A DNA stretch of 64,000 bases from Bacteroidales bacterium. Lineage in GTDB: Bacteria; Bacteroidota; Bacteroidia; Bacteroidales; WCHB1-69. This document shows, one piece after another, positions 8,348-17,963 of this stretch. The notes below the pieces were generated by a model. The model worked only from the letters and a program-made list of their open reading frames with translations. It was not told where the DNA came from and searched no databases. Numbering within the stretch: the first letter of the stretch is position 1; each line of letters begins with the position of its first letter. A program made the translations under genes and the position numbers. The stretch lies in assembly GCA_045598025.1 (NCBI GenBank), contig JAZLLH010000061.1:4551-68550 (forward strand), in the 5' to 3' direction.

Positions 8348-9280
8348 ATGCCTTTCTTCGGAGAAACAATAGCCTTGGTAGTGGCAGTTTCGTGGACTGC
8401 TACTGCACTTTTTGCAGATGAGGCCAGTCATCGTTTGGGCTCTCTTCCGCTCAACCTTGTTCGTATGATTCTCTCGTTGCTTATGCTTTCGCTCCTGCTG
8501 TGGGCTGTTACGGGCACTCCTTATCCGCTCTTCGCCGATGCTAAGGCCTGGTTCTGGCTGGCACTCTCTGGACTTGCAGGCTATGTATTTGGAGATTATT
8601 GTCTTTTCAACTCTTATATCATCTTCGGCTCTAAATATGGGCAGCTCTTCATGACCTTGGCTCCTCCTATTGCCGGCATTACAGGATGGCTGTTCCTTGG
8701 CGAAGCGATGCGTTGGACCGCTTGGATAGCCATGCTTGTCACCCTTAGCGGCATAGCCTTTTCCATTATGGTGAAACAGGGGAATACCGTGAAGATGAAA
8801 CTGCCACTGAAAGGCATACTGTTCGGTATAGGTGCAGGATTGGGACAAGGTGTAGGCCTGGTGTTGAGCAAGATAGGCCTGGAGCACTACGCGATGTCCC
8901 TCCCCGAAGATGCGCCCCAAAGCGTGGTGAGGCTCATGCCTTTTGCCGGCACCTATATCCGAGCACTGGCAGGGTTGGTGGGCTTCTCTTTCATACTCTT
9001 CTGTCGCAAAGAGATGGGGCAAGTGAGGAAAGGCTTTTACAACAAAAAGGGCATGACCTACGCTACCCTCACCACATTCTTCGGTCCCTTTGTAGGCGTC
9101 TCTCTCTCGCTCATGGCCGTGCAATATACCCATGCGGGCATAGCCTCCACCCTAATGGCACTCACCCCTGTCCTCATCATCCTGCCTTATTCGCTCATCC
9201 ACAAACAGAAGGTATCTCTGCGAGAACTTATAGGCACCATCATAACTCTTACAGGCGTAGCCATGTTCTTCCTATTTTAG
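8348..9280 (+). CDS. EamA/DMT-family transporter
   Basis: ORF 8285..9280 trimmed to the ATG at 8348. About 10 hydrophobic segments arranged as two EamA-like halves. Confidence 0.75.
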   Translation: MPFFGETIALVVAVSWTATALFADEASHRLGSLPLNLVRMILSLLMLSLLLWAVTGTPYPLFADAKAWFWLALSGLAGYVFGDYCLFNSYIIFGSKYGQLFMTLAPPIAGITGWLFLGEAMRWTAWIAMLVTLSGIAFSIMVKQGNTVKMKLPLKGILFGIGAGLGQGVGLVLSKIGLEHYAMSLPEDAPQSVVRLMPFAGTYIRALAGLVGFSFILFCRKEMGQVRKGFYNKKGMTYATLTTFFGPFVGVSLSLMAVQYTHAGIASTLMALTPVLIILPYSLIHKQKVSLRELIGTIITLTGVAMFFLF

Positions 9281-9404
9281 AGAATAGGATACCCCGTCCG
9301 CATGACTGCAAAGAATGAAAGGTTCGGTATCAGCATCGTTCAGAGATTATGGAAAAAGAAGGTTGTGTTATTTAAGACAATATTTCTGACTTTCCCACGT
9401 TGTT

Positions 9405-9420
9405 TCACATAGTTATGTGA
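9405..9420. promoter_or_regulatory. 16-nt palindrome TCACATA-GT-TATGTGA upstream of hsdM
   Basis: Perfect 7-bp arms with a 2-nt spacer, 28 nt upstream of the ATG at 9448. Confidence 0.3.
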
Positions 9421-9447
9421 ATTTTTTTGAACGAAATAGTCATCTAT

Positions 9448-11211
9448 ATGTCAACAGAAGACCTCCAAAAACGGACTACTGTCAACATTCAGGAGAAAGC
9501 AAACCTGATATGGGCAATAGCAGATAAACTCGTGGGCACTTATAAGCCTCACGAATACGGAAACGTCATTCTTCCAATGTGCGTTATTAAGCGATTCAGC
9601 GATACATTGGCTGCAACCAAGGGGAAAGTCCTTGAAATGAATGACACGCTTGACAAGAGGGGTATTGCCGTAAAGGATGGCTTCCTGAAGACTGCATCGG
9701 GATACGATTTCTACAACACCTCTGCATTTACGTTTGACGGGCTTCTGTCCGATGCGGAGAACATTGCCGACAACTTCCGCAGTTACCTCAACCACTTCTC
9801 AAACAACGTCATTGACATCATAGAGAAGTTTGATTTCGATAAGGAAATCACCAAGCTCGACCACAACGGCATCCTCTACAACGTAATATCGGAATTCTGC
9901 ACCAAGAAGGCTTATATGGGGGCTGATGAGATTTCTGCGGTGGATATGGGATACATCTTCGAGGAACTTGTCAGGAAGTTCTCAGAGAGCTATGACGAAC
10001 AGGCAGGAGCACATTTCACGGCAAGAGACATCATCTATTTGATGGCTGAAATACTCGTGGCTCCCAAACGCAAGGAACTTCAGGAGGAAGGTATCACTGC
10101 ATCCATCTACGATATGGCTATGGGAACAAGTCAGATGCTTGACTGCTTGAGCGAGAAACTTCACGAGATTGATGAGGATGCACAGTTGACGGAATTCGGA
10201 CAGGAACTGAACGAACAGACGTTTGCCATAGCCAAGGCAAATATGCTCATCAAGGGTGGCAATGCCGAGAATATGAAGCACGGCAACACCCTTTCTGATG
10301 ACAAGTTTGATGGCTACAAGTTCGACTACATCATATCCAATCCTCCCTTCGGTATTGAATGGAAGAATGAGAAGAGTGCCGTTGAAGCAGAGAACAAGCG
10401 TGGCGAAGCAGGACGATTCGGAGCAGGACTACCTGCAATCGGAGACAGTCAGCAACTCTTTGTTCTCAATGGCGTGGCAAAGTTGAAGGATACGGGAAGG
10501 ATGGCAATCATTCAGAACGGTTCCCCGTTGTTCAAGGGCGACGCAGGCTCGGGAGAAAGCGAGATACGCGGTTATCTGCTGGAGTACGACTGGCTTGAGG
10601 CTATCATTCAGATACCCAACGATATGTTCTACAACACGGGCATTGCCACCTACATTTGGGTTATTACCAAGGACAAGGCTACGGAGCGTGTCGGAAAGGT
10701 TCAGTTGATTGACGCTTCCAAGTGCTGCGTGAAGCGGAGGAAGCCTATCGGCAACAAGAGGAACGAGTTCACGGACGAGTGCATAACCCTTGTTGCGAAA
10801 GCCTATAACGAGTTCTCGGATGGGGTGTATGGCGACGGCGACCTCGTCGTGGAGGTGAAAATAAAGGACAATGCGGATTTCAAATTCAGCAAGGTTGTTG
10901 TCGAGCGTCCGATTACTGACGAGGAAGGCAAGCCGATTCTGAAGAAGGGCAAGCCTCAGGCAGACAGCAGCAAGCGTGACAGCGAGACAATCCCTTGGAA
11001 GGAAGATGTTGAAGCGTATATGAAGAAGAACGTGTATCCGTATGCCCCTGACGCTTGGATTGACGAGAAGAAGACAAAGATTGGCTACGAGATACCGTTC
11101 ACGAGGGAGTTCTACAAGTATGTGGCTCCGAGAAAGAGCGAGGAGATTTTTGCCGTGTTGCAGGAATTGGAGAAACGAGAGACCGAGCTGATGGCTAAAA
11201 TATTGGGCTAA
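9448..11211 (+). CDS. hsdM: Type I restriction-modification system, DNA methyltransferase subunit M
   Basis: N6-adenine MTase motif IV (YIISNPPFG), an HsdM_N-like N-terminus (ANLIWAIADKLVGTYKPHEYGNVILPM) and operon context. ORF 9427 (TTG) trimmed to the ATG at 9448. Confidence 0.92.
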   Translation: MSTEDLQKRTTVNIQEKANLIWAIADKLVGTYKPHEYGNVILPMCVIKRFSDTLAATKGKVLEMNDTLDKRGIAVKDGFLKTASGYDFYNTSAFTFDGLLSDAENIADNFRSYLNHFSNNVIDIIEKFDFDKEITKLDHNGILYNVISEFCTKKAYMGADEISAVDMGYIFEELVRKFSESYDEQAGAHFTARDIIYLMAEILVAPKRKELQEEGITASIYDMAMGTSQMLDCLSEKLHEIDEDAQLTEFGQELNEQTFAIAKANMLIKGGNAENMKHGNTLSDDKFDGYKFDYIISNPPFGIEWKNEKSAVEAENKRGEAGRFGAGLPAIGDSQQLFVLNGVAKLKDTGRMAIIQNGSPLFKGDAGSGESEIRGYLLEYDWLEAIIQIPNDMFYNTGIATYIWVITKDKATERVGKVQLIDASKCCVKRRKPIGNKRNEFTDECITLVAKAYNEFSDGVYGDGDLVVEVKIKDNADFKFSKVVVERPITDEEGKPILKKGKPQADSSKRDSETIPWKEDVEAYMKKNVYPYAPDAWIDEKKTKIGYEIPFTREFYKYVAPRKSEEIFAVLQELEKRETELMAKILG

Positions 11212-11213
11212 TT

Positions 11214-12323
11214 ATGGATAAGACAATCATCATAAATACAGAAGACCGACTCTTTGAGGTTGTGTCCGATCTCATTGATGAAAGCCGAAAGCAGGTTGCC
11301 AAGGCTGTCAGCACGGTTATGGTATATACCTACTATGGCGTAGGACGGTATATCGTGGAGTATGAGCAGGGCGGCAAGGCTCGTGCCGAGTATGGAAAGG
11401 GCGTGCTGAAACGGCTGTCAGAGCGTTTGACAGACAAGTTCGGTGCGGGCTGGTCTGTGGACACATTGGAAAAAACGAGGAAATTATATACGTTGTATTC
11501 AAAATCCGCCACACTGTCGCGGAATTCTGATGACGAGATTTCCGCAACAGCGTTACGGAAATCAAATACCAACGACAACATCGGCGAGATTCATAAGTTT
11601 GTGCTGTCCTGGAGTCATTATCAGATAATTATGCGCGAGGAAAATCCACAAGCCCGTAACTTCTATGAAATAGAGGCCAATAAACAGCAATGGAGTGTTC
11701 GCCAGCTTCAGCGCCAGGTGGCAAGCAGCCTCTATGAGCGTTTGGCATTGAGCCGCGACAAAGCGGAGGTGATGCGCCTTGCCAACGAGGGGCAAGTGAT
11801 AGAGAAACCGTCTGATATAATAAAAGACCCCTTGGTGCTGGAATTTGTAGGACTGAAACCCGACGCTTCGTATAGCGAATCGGATTTAGAAAACGCCGTC
11901 ATCAGCAAGATGCAGCAGTTCTTGTTGGAGTGTGGCAAAGGATTCCTCTTTGAGGCTCGTCAGAAGCGCTTCACCTTCGATGAGGATAATTTCTATGTGG
12001 ACCTTGTGCTTTATAATCGCTTGCTTCAATGTTATGTGCTTATCGACTTGAAGACAGACAAACTCACGCATCAGGACCTTGGTCAGATGCAGATGTACGT
12101 CAACTATTTCGACCGATATGTGAAGCAGGAATTTGAGAAGCCTACTATCGGCATTCTGCTCTGCGAGACCAAGAATGACACATTGGTAGAACTCACGCTC
12201 CCTCAAGATGCTCATATTTACGCGCAGCAGTATGCTCTCTGTCTGCCCAAGAAAGAGGAACTGCAAGCAAAGCTTCGCGAGTGGATTGACGAATACGAAA
12301 TGATCAATGGTGTAGAGGACTGA
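11214..12323 (+). CDS. DUF1016 (YhcG-like) PD-(D/E)XK nuclease-fold protein embedded in the R-M operon
   Basis: LSWSHYQIIM, FYEIEANKQQWSVRQLQRQVASSLYER, IKDPLVLEFVGL, and FYVDLVLYNRLLQCYVLIDLKTDKL (a D..D-x-K nuclease motif). Confidence 0.8.
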   Translation: MDKTIIINTEDRLFEVVSDLIDESRKQVAKAVSTVMVYTYYGVGRYIVEYEQGGKARAEYGKGVLKRLSERLTDKFGAGWSVDTLEKTRKLYTLYSKSATLSRNSDDEISATALRKSNTNDNIGEIHKFVLSWSHYQIIMREENPQARNFYEIEANKQQWSVRQLQRQVASSLYERLALSRDKAEVMRLANEGQVIEKPSDIIKDPLVLEFVGLKPDASYSESDLENAVISKMQQFLLECGKGFLFEARQKRFTFDEDNFYVDLVLYNRLLQCYVLIDLKTDKLTHQDLGQMQMYVNYFDRYVKQEFEKPTIGILLCETKNDTLVELTLPQDAHIYAQQYALCLPKKEELQAKLREWIDEYEMINGVED

Positions 12324-13651
12324 TGAGCACAGAGCAACCAAACGCAAAAAGGAAGAGCATTATGGCAAGAGAAATGAAAGATAGCGGAATCCCTTGGATT
12401 GGAGAGATACCTTCTTCTTGGGATGTTATGCCGCATAAGTGGGTAATGCACAAGGAAAAAGATATCCAAGAGCATTACCAAGGGCAGAATATCTTGTCAC
12501 TTACAATGAAGGGGGTAATAGTACGAGATTTGGATGCAGGAGGCAAAATGCCAACGACTTTTGATGGCTATCAAATTGTTCACCCAAACGATTTGCTGCA
12601 ATGTTTGTTTGACATTGATGTTACCCCAAGGTGCGTTGGCTTGGTAAAGGATGAAGGAGTAACGAGCCCTGCATACAGCCGTTTTGTGATGTGCAAAAAC
12701 GCTTATTCTCCATATTACGATTATCTATTGCGTTATTTGGACGACAATAAGGTTCTCCTCCACTTGTCAAAGAACTTGAGAAGTTCTCTAACTGAAACAG
12801 ATTTCGGTGCAATAGAAACTTGTGTGCCTTCTATTCCTGAACAAAAAGCCATTGCCGACTTCCTTGACAAGAAATGTGCGGAGATTGATGAAATGATTTC
12901 CCTTCAAGAGAAGATTATCGAAGAACTTAAGGCGTACAAGCAATCCGTCATCACCGAAGCTGTCACTGACGGTTTGAATTCGAATACAGAATACAAGCCC
13001 TCAACTATTGAGTGGGTTGATAGGATTCCGAGCCATTGGAAAGAAGTCCGTTTCTATAAAATATGCTACATTAGAGGAAGATTAGGTTGGAAAGGATTAA
13101 AGGCTGAAGAATATGTAGAAACAGGCTATCCATTTTTATCTGCATTCAATATTATCAATGATAAAGTAGTATGGGAAGATTTGAATTTCATAACCAAAGA
13201 ACGCTATGACGAATCACCCGAAATTAAATTATCAGTTGGTGATTTGATTATTGTAAAAGACGGAGCAGGCATTGGAAAGTGTGCGGTAATTGACAATTTA
13301 CCTTTAGGTGAATCCACCGTGAATAGTTCACTTGCGGTTATAACTCCCCTTAGTCATATCATTTCCGAATATCTGTACTTTTATTTTTTGAGTAAACCCT
13401 TTCAAGAGGTTATTTGGCAATTAAAGATTGGCATGGGCGTTCCGCATCTTACACAAGAGAATATGCACGACATTGTTGTTACTTGCCCACCCATTGAAGA
13501 GCAGCAAAGAATATGTATGCATATAAAATCCAAATGTTCAGACATTGATAGTCTTATCTCTCTAAAACTATCAAAGATTGATAGCCTAAGAGAATACAAG
13601 AAATCCATCATCTACGAATACGTGACAGGCAAAAAAGAAGTCGAAGCATAA
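12323..13651 (+). CDS. hsdS: Type I R-M specificity subunit S
   Basis: Two target-recognition halves, each followed by a conserved helical spacer (EQKAIADFLDKKCAEIDEMISLQEKIIEELKAYKQS and EEQQRICMHIKSKCSDIDSLISLKLSKIDSLREYKKS). The ATG overlaps the upstream stop (TGATG). Confidence 0.9.
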   Translation: MSTEQPNAKRKSIMAREMKDSGIPWIGEIPSSWDVMPHKWVMHKEKDIQEHYQGQNILSLTMKGVIVRDLDAGGKMPTTFDGYQIVHPNDLLQCLFDIDVTPRCVGLVKDEGVTSPAYSRFVMCKNAYSPYYDYLLRYLDDNKVLLHLSKNLRSSLTETDFGAIETCVPSIPEQKAIADFLDKKCAEIDEMISLQEKIIEELKAYKQSVITEAVTDGLNSNTEYKPSTIEWVDRIPSHWKEVRFYKICYIRGRLGWKGLKAEEYVETGYPFLSAFNIINDKVVWEDLNFITKERYDESPEIKLSVGDLIIVKDGAGIGKCAVIDNLPLGESTVNSSLAVITPLSHIISEYLYFYFLSKPFQEVIWQLKIGMGVPHLTQENMHDIVVTCPPIEEQQRICMHIKSKCSDIDSLISLKLSKIDSLREYKKSIIYEYVTGKKEVEA

Positions 13652-13657
13652 CCATAT

Positions 13658-16600
13658 ATGGAAACCAAGGAAAAGAACTTTGAAGCCGATATTGAATCGT
13701 ATCTCCTGAAGGAAGGTGGATACGTCAAGGGCAATCTTGACACTTACGACAAGGCGAGGGCTATTGATATGCCCGTGCTCGTATCGTTCATTGAGAAGAC
13801 GCAGCCGAAAGTATGGCAGCGTTACAAGAACGTCTATGGTGAGAAGAGCGAAAAGCAACTCTACACGATGTTCCGACAGAACGTGAATGACAACGGCTTG
13901 ATTCACGTCCTCAGAAACGGAATCAAGGACAGAGGGATGCAGATAAAGTTCTGCTACTTCGCTCCTGCATCCAATCTCAATGAGGAACTTGTAGTGAAGT
14001 ACAATCAGAACATCCTGACGGAGACAAGACAGTTCGCATACTCAACACAGAACCACAACACGATTGATATGGTTCTCTCCCTGAATGGTATCCCTATCGT
14101 GGCTCTCGAACTGAAGAACCAACTCACAGGGCAGTCTATTACCAATGCAAAGACGCAGTTCAAGGAAGACAGGGATGAGAAAGAGTTCTGTTTCCACTTC
14201 AACAACCGCTTCCTTGTTTACTTTGCAGTGGACTTGTATGAAGTTGCAATGACTACCCACCTTCAGGGTGAGAAGACATTCTTCCTCCCGTTCAATCAGG
14301 GCAGCAACGGAGCAGGAAACGTGGGCGATGGCGGCAACCCTGAGAACCCAGACGGATATGCCACTTCGTATCTGTGGGAAAGGGTTCTGAAAAGGGAAAT
14401 GCTTCTGTCTATCCTTCAGAGATACATTAGCAGAGAGGTTAAGGAAACCGTGTCACTTCAGAACGGCAAGCAAGTCAAGAAGAAGACAACTCGCCTCATC
14501 TTCCCTCGTTACCATCAACTTGACGTGGTTGAGAAACTTGTCGCAGACACCAAGGGCTGCAAGGACGGAAAGAACTATCTCATTCAACATTCAGCTGGAT
14601 CCGGCAAGTCCAATTCCATCGCCTGGCTCACATACCGCTTGGCTTCCCTCCACGACTACGAGGATAATGAAGTATTCCAATCCGTATTTGTAATCACCGA
14701 CAGGCGAGTTCTGAACCGACAGTTACAGGAAACAATCCTTGGATTTGAGCATTTTGAGGGGCAAATAGCCACCATTACCGACAAGGACAACTCATCGGTG
14801 CTCAAGGACGCTATAAACGACAAGAAACGCATCATAATCACTACCCTTCACAGGTTCCCTCTCATCTACAAAGAACTTGATAATCATAAGGGGAAGAGAT
14901 TTGCGATTATCGTTGATGAGGCACATTCCTCTCAGTCAGGAAAGTCAGCCGAGAAACTGAAGGCTGCTCTTGCCGACACTGACGAGGCTCTGAGGGAGAT
15001 GGCTGAAATTGAAGGACGTACAGAGGAGGAAATCAAGGATGATATGGACGTGATGGTGGAGACGCTGCTTACACAGGGACAGCACAAGAACGAATTCTTC
15101 TACGCCTTCACAGCAACACCGAAACCGAAGACGCTTCAGACATTTGGAGTGCAGCGTGGCTTGGACGGAGAAGGAAAACCGATGTTCGATGCCTTCCATC
15201 ACTATTCGATGCGACAGGCAATAGACGAGGGCTTCATCCTTGATGTTCTGAAATACTACACCCCTGTCGAGACGTCTTACAAGATTATCAAGTCCATAAA
15301 GGAGAACCCCGAATACGAGGAACCGCCTGCAACAAAGGCAATCAAGGCGTTCCACGACAATCACGAATACGTCATAGAGCATACTGTGAAACTGATTGTG
15401 GAGAAGTTCAGGGAGATTACGCTGCACAAGATTGACGGGAAGGCTAAGGCGATGGTTGTATCCGCTTCCCGTGCTCACGCAGTCAGATACTACCTTGCAA
15501 TGAAGGAGTATTGTCGTGAGAAGGGCTATGATGATGTCAAGCCGTTGGTTGCCTTCTCAGGAACGGTTAGCCTTGGAGGGCAGGACTACACGGAGCCTCA
15601 ACTCAATTCGACTTCAGAGTACAAGATTTCTGAGGCTGCTCTCCCGATGTACTTCGCAAGCGAGATGTTCAACATCCTGATTGTTGCGGAGAAGTATCAG
15701 ACGGGCTTCGATGAACCATTGCTGCACACGATGTTCGTCCTGAAGGGACTTCGTGGCGTGAAGGCAGTACAGACACTATCACGCCTGAACAGATGGTGCA
15801 AGGGAAAGATTGACACTTATGTCCTTGACTTTGCGAATACGGCTGATAGCATACAGGCATCCTTCAAGCCGTTCTACGAAGACACACTCCTTGGGGAACC
15901 CGTTGATGTCAATGTGGTGTATAAGTATCTGAACCAACTGAAGGCATACCACCTTTGGAGCATCGAGGTTGAAGATGCTGTCTATGCTGTTTACAGTGCT
16001 CAGCAGGATGATACGTCAATGGGGAAACTCACGAGCCTCATCAAGCCCGTGTTGGAAGACTTCAACCAACTTGAGGAAGAGGACCGGTTCAAAGTCAGGT
16101 TCCTTGTCAGAGCGTTCATCAGGTTCTACGCATATATGGCTCAGATAGAGCGAACCTTTGATAAGGAACTGTTCAAGACATACGTCTTCTGTGAATATCT
16201 GTTCAAGTTGCTCCCGAAGACACCTCACGACAGGGTTGAACTGTTCGACAAACTGCAACTCGAACATCACAACTTTACCATTGACGAGACACGAGCCATC
16301 GAACTGACACCAAGCGAAAAGGAGAAGACTTTATCGGGAGAGAAAGGTGGCGAAGGCAATAAGGGTGACGAGAGGCGTGATTTGCTCGACAATATCATTG
16401 ACAAGATAAACATTATGTATCAGGGCAACTTCACCGAGGCTGACAGGGTTATCGTAGAGACAATCTATGACAAGGCAAAGCGGGAGGAGAAAAAACTTAA
16501 AAAGCAGGCGAAGAATTCCGATGTAAATATGTTTGCCAACAACATCTTCCCTGACGTCTTCAGCAAGATTGCCCAGAAGTGCTATGTTGAGCAAATGGAC

Positions 16601-16810
16601 GCCTTTGCAAAACTCTTCGAGGAACCTTCATTCTACAACAAGGTTATGGAGGAAATGGGCAGAGCAATGTATTTCAACTTCAAAAACGAAATGGCGAATG
16701 AACCCGAGTCAAAGATAAAGAAGTTTGAATACCCCCTTCCGACAGAGAACCTTCCAATTGCCGCCGAGGAGGGCGTGGAGTATTCTGAAAAGAGAGCATC
16801 GAGATTCTAA
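13658..16810 (+). CDS. hsdR: Type I restriction endonuclease subunit R
   Basis: 1050 aa. N-terminal nuclease region, SF2 motor motifs HSAGSGKSNS (Walker A) and IVDEAHSSQSG (DEAH), operon context. Confidence 0.92.
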   Translation: METKEKNFEADIESYLLKEGGYVKGNLDTYDKARAIDMPVLVSFIEKTQPKVWQRYKNVYGEKSEKQLYTMFRQNVNDNGLIHVLRNGIKDRGMQIKFCYFAPASNLNEELVVKYNQNILTETRQFAYSTQNHNTIDMVLSLNGIPIVALELKNQLTGQSITNAKTQFKEDRDEKEFCFHFNNRFLVYFAVDLYEVAMTTHLQGEKTFFLPFNQGSNGAGNVGDGGNPENPDGYATSYLWERVLKREMLLSILQRYISREVKETVSLQNGKQVKKKTTRLIFPRYHQLDVVEKLVADTKGCKDGKNYLIQHSAGSGKSNSIAWLTYRLASLHDYEDNEVFQSVFVITDRRVLNRQLQETILGFEHFEGQIATITDKDNSSVLKDAINDKKRIIITTLHRFPLIYKELDNHKGKRFAIIVDEAHSSQSGKSAEKLKAALADTDEALREMAEIEGRTEEEIKDDMDVMVETLLTQGQHKNEFFYAFTATPKPKTLQTFGVQRGLDGEGKPMFDAFHHYSMRQAIDEGFILDVLKYYTPVETSYKIIKSIKENPEYEEPPATKAIKAFHDNHEYVIEHTVKLIVEKFREITLHKIDGKAKAMVVSASRAHAVRYYLAMKEYCREKGYDDVKPLVAFSGTVSLGGQDYTEPQLNSTSEYKISEAALPMYFASEMFNILIVAEKYQTGFDEPLLHTMFVLKGLRGVKAVQTLSRLNRWCKGKIDTYVLDFANTADSIQASFKPFYEDTLLGEPVDVNVVYKYLNQLKAYHLWSIEVEDAVYAVYSAQQDDTSMGKLTSLIKPVLEDFNQLEEEDRFKVRFLVRAFIRFYAYMAQIERTFDKELFKTYVFCEYLFKLLPKTPHDRVELFDKLQLEHHNFTIDETRAIELTPSEKEKTLSGEKGGEGNKGDERRDLLDNIIDKINIMYQGNFTEADRVIVETIYDKAKREEKKLKKQAKNSDVNMFANNIFPDVFSKIAQKCYVEQMDAFAKLFEEPSFYNKVMEEMGRAMYFNFKNEMANEPESKIKKFEYPLPTENLPIAAEEGVEYSEKRASRF

Positions 16811-16846
16811 CAAAACAGGTGGTTATTATGCAAAAGAGATACTTGA

Positions 16847-16868
16847 TTGGTTCCTTGTCTTGAACCAA
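16847..16868. terminator. Weak hairpin between convergent hsdR and the lytic transglycosylase gene
   Basis: 7-bp stem ttggttc / gaaccaa with an 8-nt loop and no clear T-run. Confidence 0.3.
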
Positions 16869-16876
16869 ATGTTGGC

Positions 16877-17863
16877 CTATCTTCCCTTAAACAGGGCATC
16901 GGGAGCCGTATGTTTCATCAACTCACGATAACTCAGACTTTCCGGTTTCGGCAGACAAAGTACATATTGTTTCCGGGATGTATTGGGCAGAGAAGTATTG
17001 CGCAACCAGGGATTGGCCTCCTTCAGCGCCTTGTATGTCACGCCCTGCTGCAAAGCGAAGTTACGCAGGTCGGCGATGGATGTATCGACCGTAAGGGTAT
17101 CAAAAGCCAATGCCGGATACAGGTCACGTTGTCTCAAACGCAAACCATACTGCTCCGGATTCTTGAAAATCAGTTTGACGGCCAGAATCCGATAGACATA
17201 GCGCGCTGTTTCTGCATTCAGGTAAAGATCCCAGTAAAGCATTGTGTGCTGTGCGGCCGCCGAACGGAAGTATCCGCCCGTACCCATATTGTATGAAGCT
17301 GCCGCAGCAGTCCAGGAACCGCATTTTGATTTTGCCTCTTTCAGATAAGCGCAGGCGGCGCGGGTAGCTTTGGCCGCATCGTAACGTTCATCCACGTAAT
17401 CGTTGATTTCCAAACCGTAAGTTTGCCCCGTTGTCTTCAAAAACTGCCAGAAACCGGCGGCCTTGGCCGGGGAAACCACATTGAGCAGCCCGCTCTCAAT
17501 CAGAGCCAAGTACTTGAAATCGTCCGGAACTCCCTGCTCTTTCAGAATGGGTTCTATCACCGGAAACCAGCGGTTGGCCCGCTTGACCAGCAGGAGCAGA
17601 TTCGACTGCCAGTAATCATTCACCAGCAGTTCACGGTCCAAGGCTTCACGAACATCCATTCGATCCAAGGGAACCGACTCACCAGCAAAATCCATGGATT
17701 CCGGAATGGGCGGAGAATACAGACAGTAATGATCGGAAAAAGCCCGAAGGTGCTCCGGGTCTTCTCCGGAAGGCATCAAACGTCCGGACAACAGCAGTGC
17801 AACAATCCCCAATGAAAGGACGACCATGGAACCTGCCCATATTTTAAAACGAAGCGTGCGCAT
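16877..17863 (-). CDS. Lytic transglycosylase (SLT domain) protein, membrane-anchored or secreted
   Basis: LALIESGLLNVVSPAKAAGFWQF...AASYNMG is an SLT catalytic-domain motif. N-terminal hydrophobic segment. ATG at 17861-17863. Confidence 0.8.
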   Translation of the reverse strand: MRTLRFKIWAGSMVVLSLGIVALLLSGRLMPSGEDPEHLRAFSDHYCLYSPPIPESMDFAGESVPLDRMDVREALDRELLVNDYWQSNLLLLVKRANRWFPVIEPILKEQGVPDDFKYLALIESGLLNVVSPAKAAGFWQFLKTTGQTYGLEINDYVDERYDAAKATRAACAYLKEAKSKCGSWTAAAASYNMGTGGYFRSAAAQHTMLYWDLYLNAETARYVYRILAVKLIFKNPEQYGLRLRQRDLYPALAFDTLTVDTSIADLRNFALQQGVTYKALKEANPWLRNTSLPNTSRKQYVLCLPKPESLSYRELMKHTAPDALFKGR

Positions 17864-17963
17864 ATTCAAAGGTTTCCTCCTTTAACGAATACGAAAAGTT
17901 TTTATTTTGCGTTAAAATGTAACATTTTCGAAAGGAATCCCGTCTTGTTTATAGAAGTGCATT

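Noticed and set aside
9281-9447. Partial similarity of ctgactttcccacg (about 9387-9400) to the tRNA-Ser 3' end (ctctctttccgcca) as an island att repeat
   Set aside because: The match is only about 8-9 nt with mismatches, which is not distinguishable from chance by eye. It is kept only as something to test computationally.
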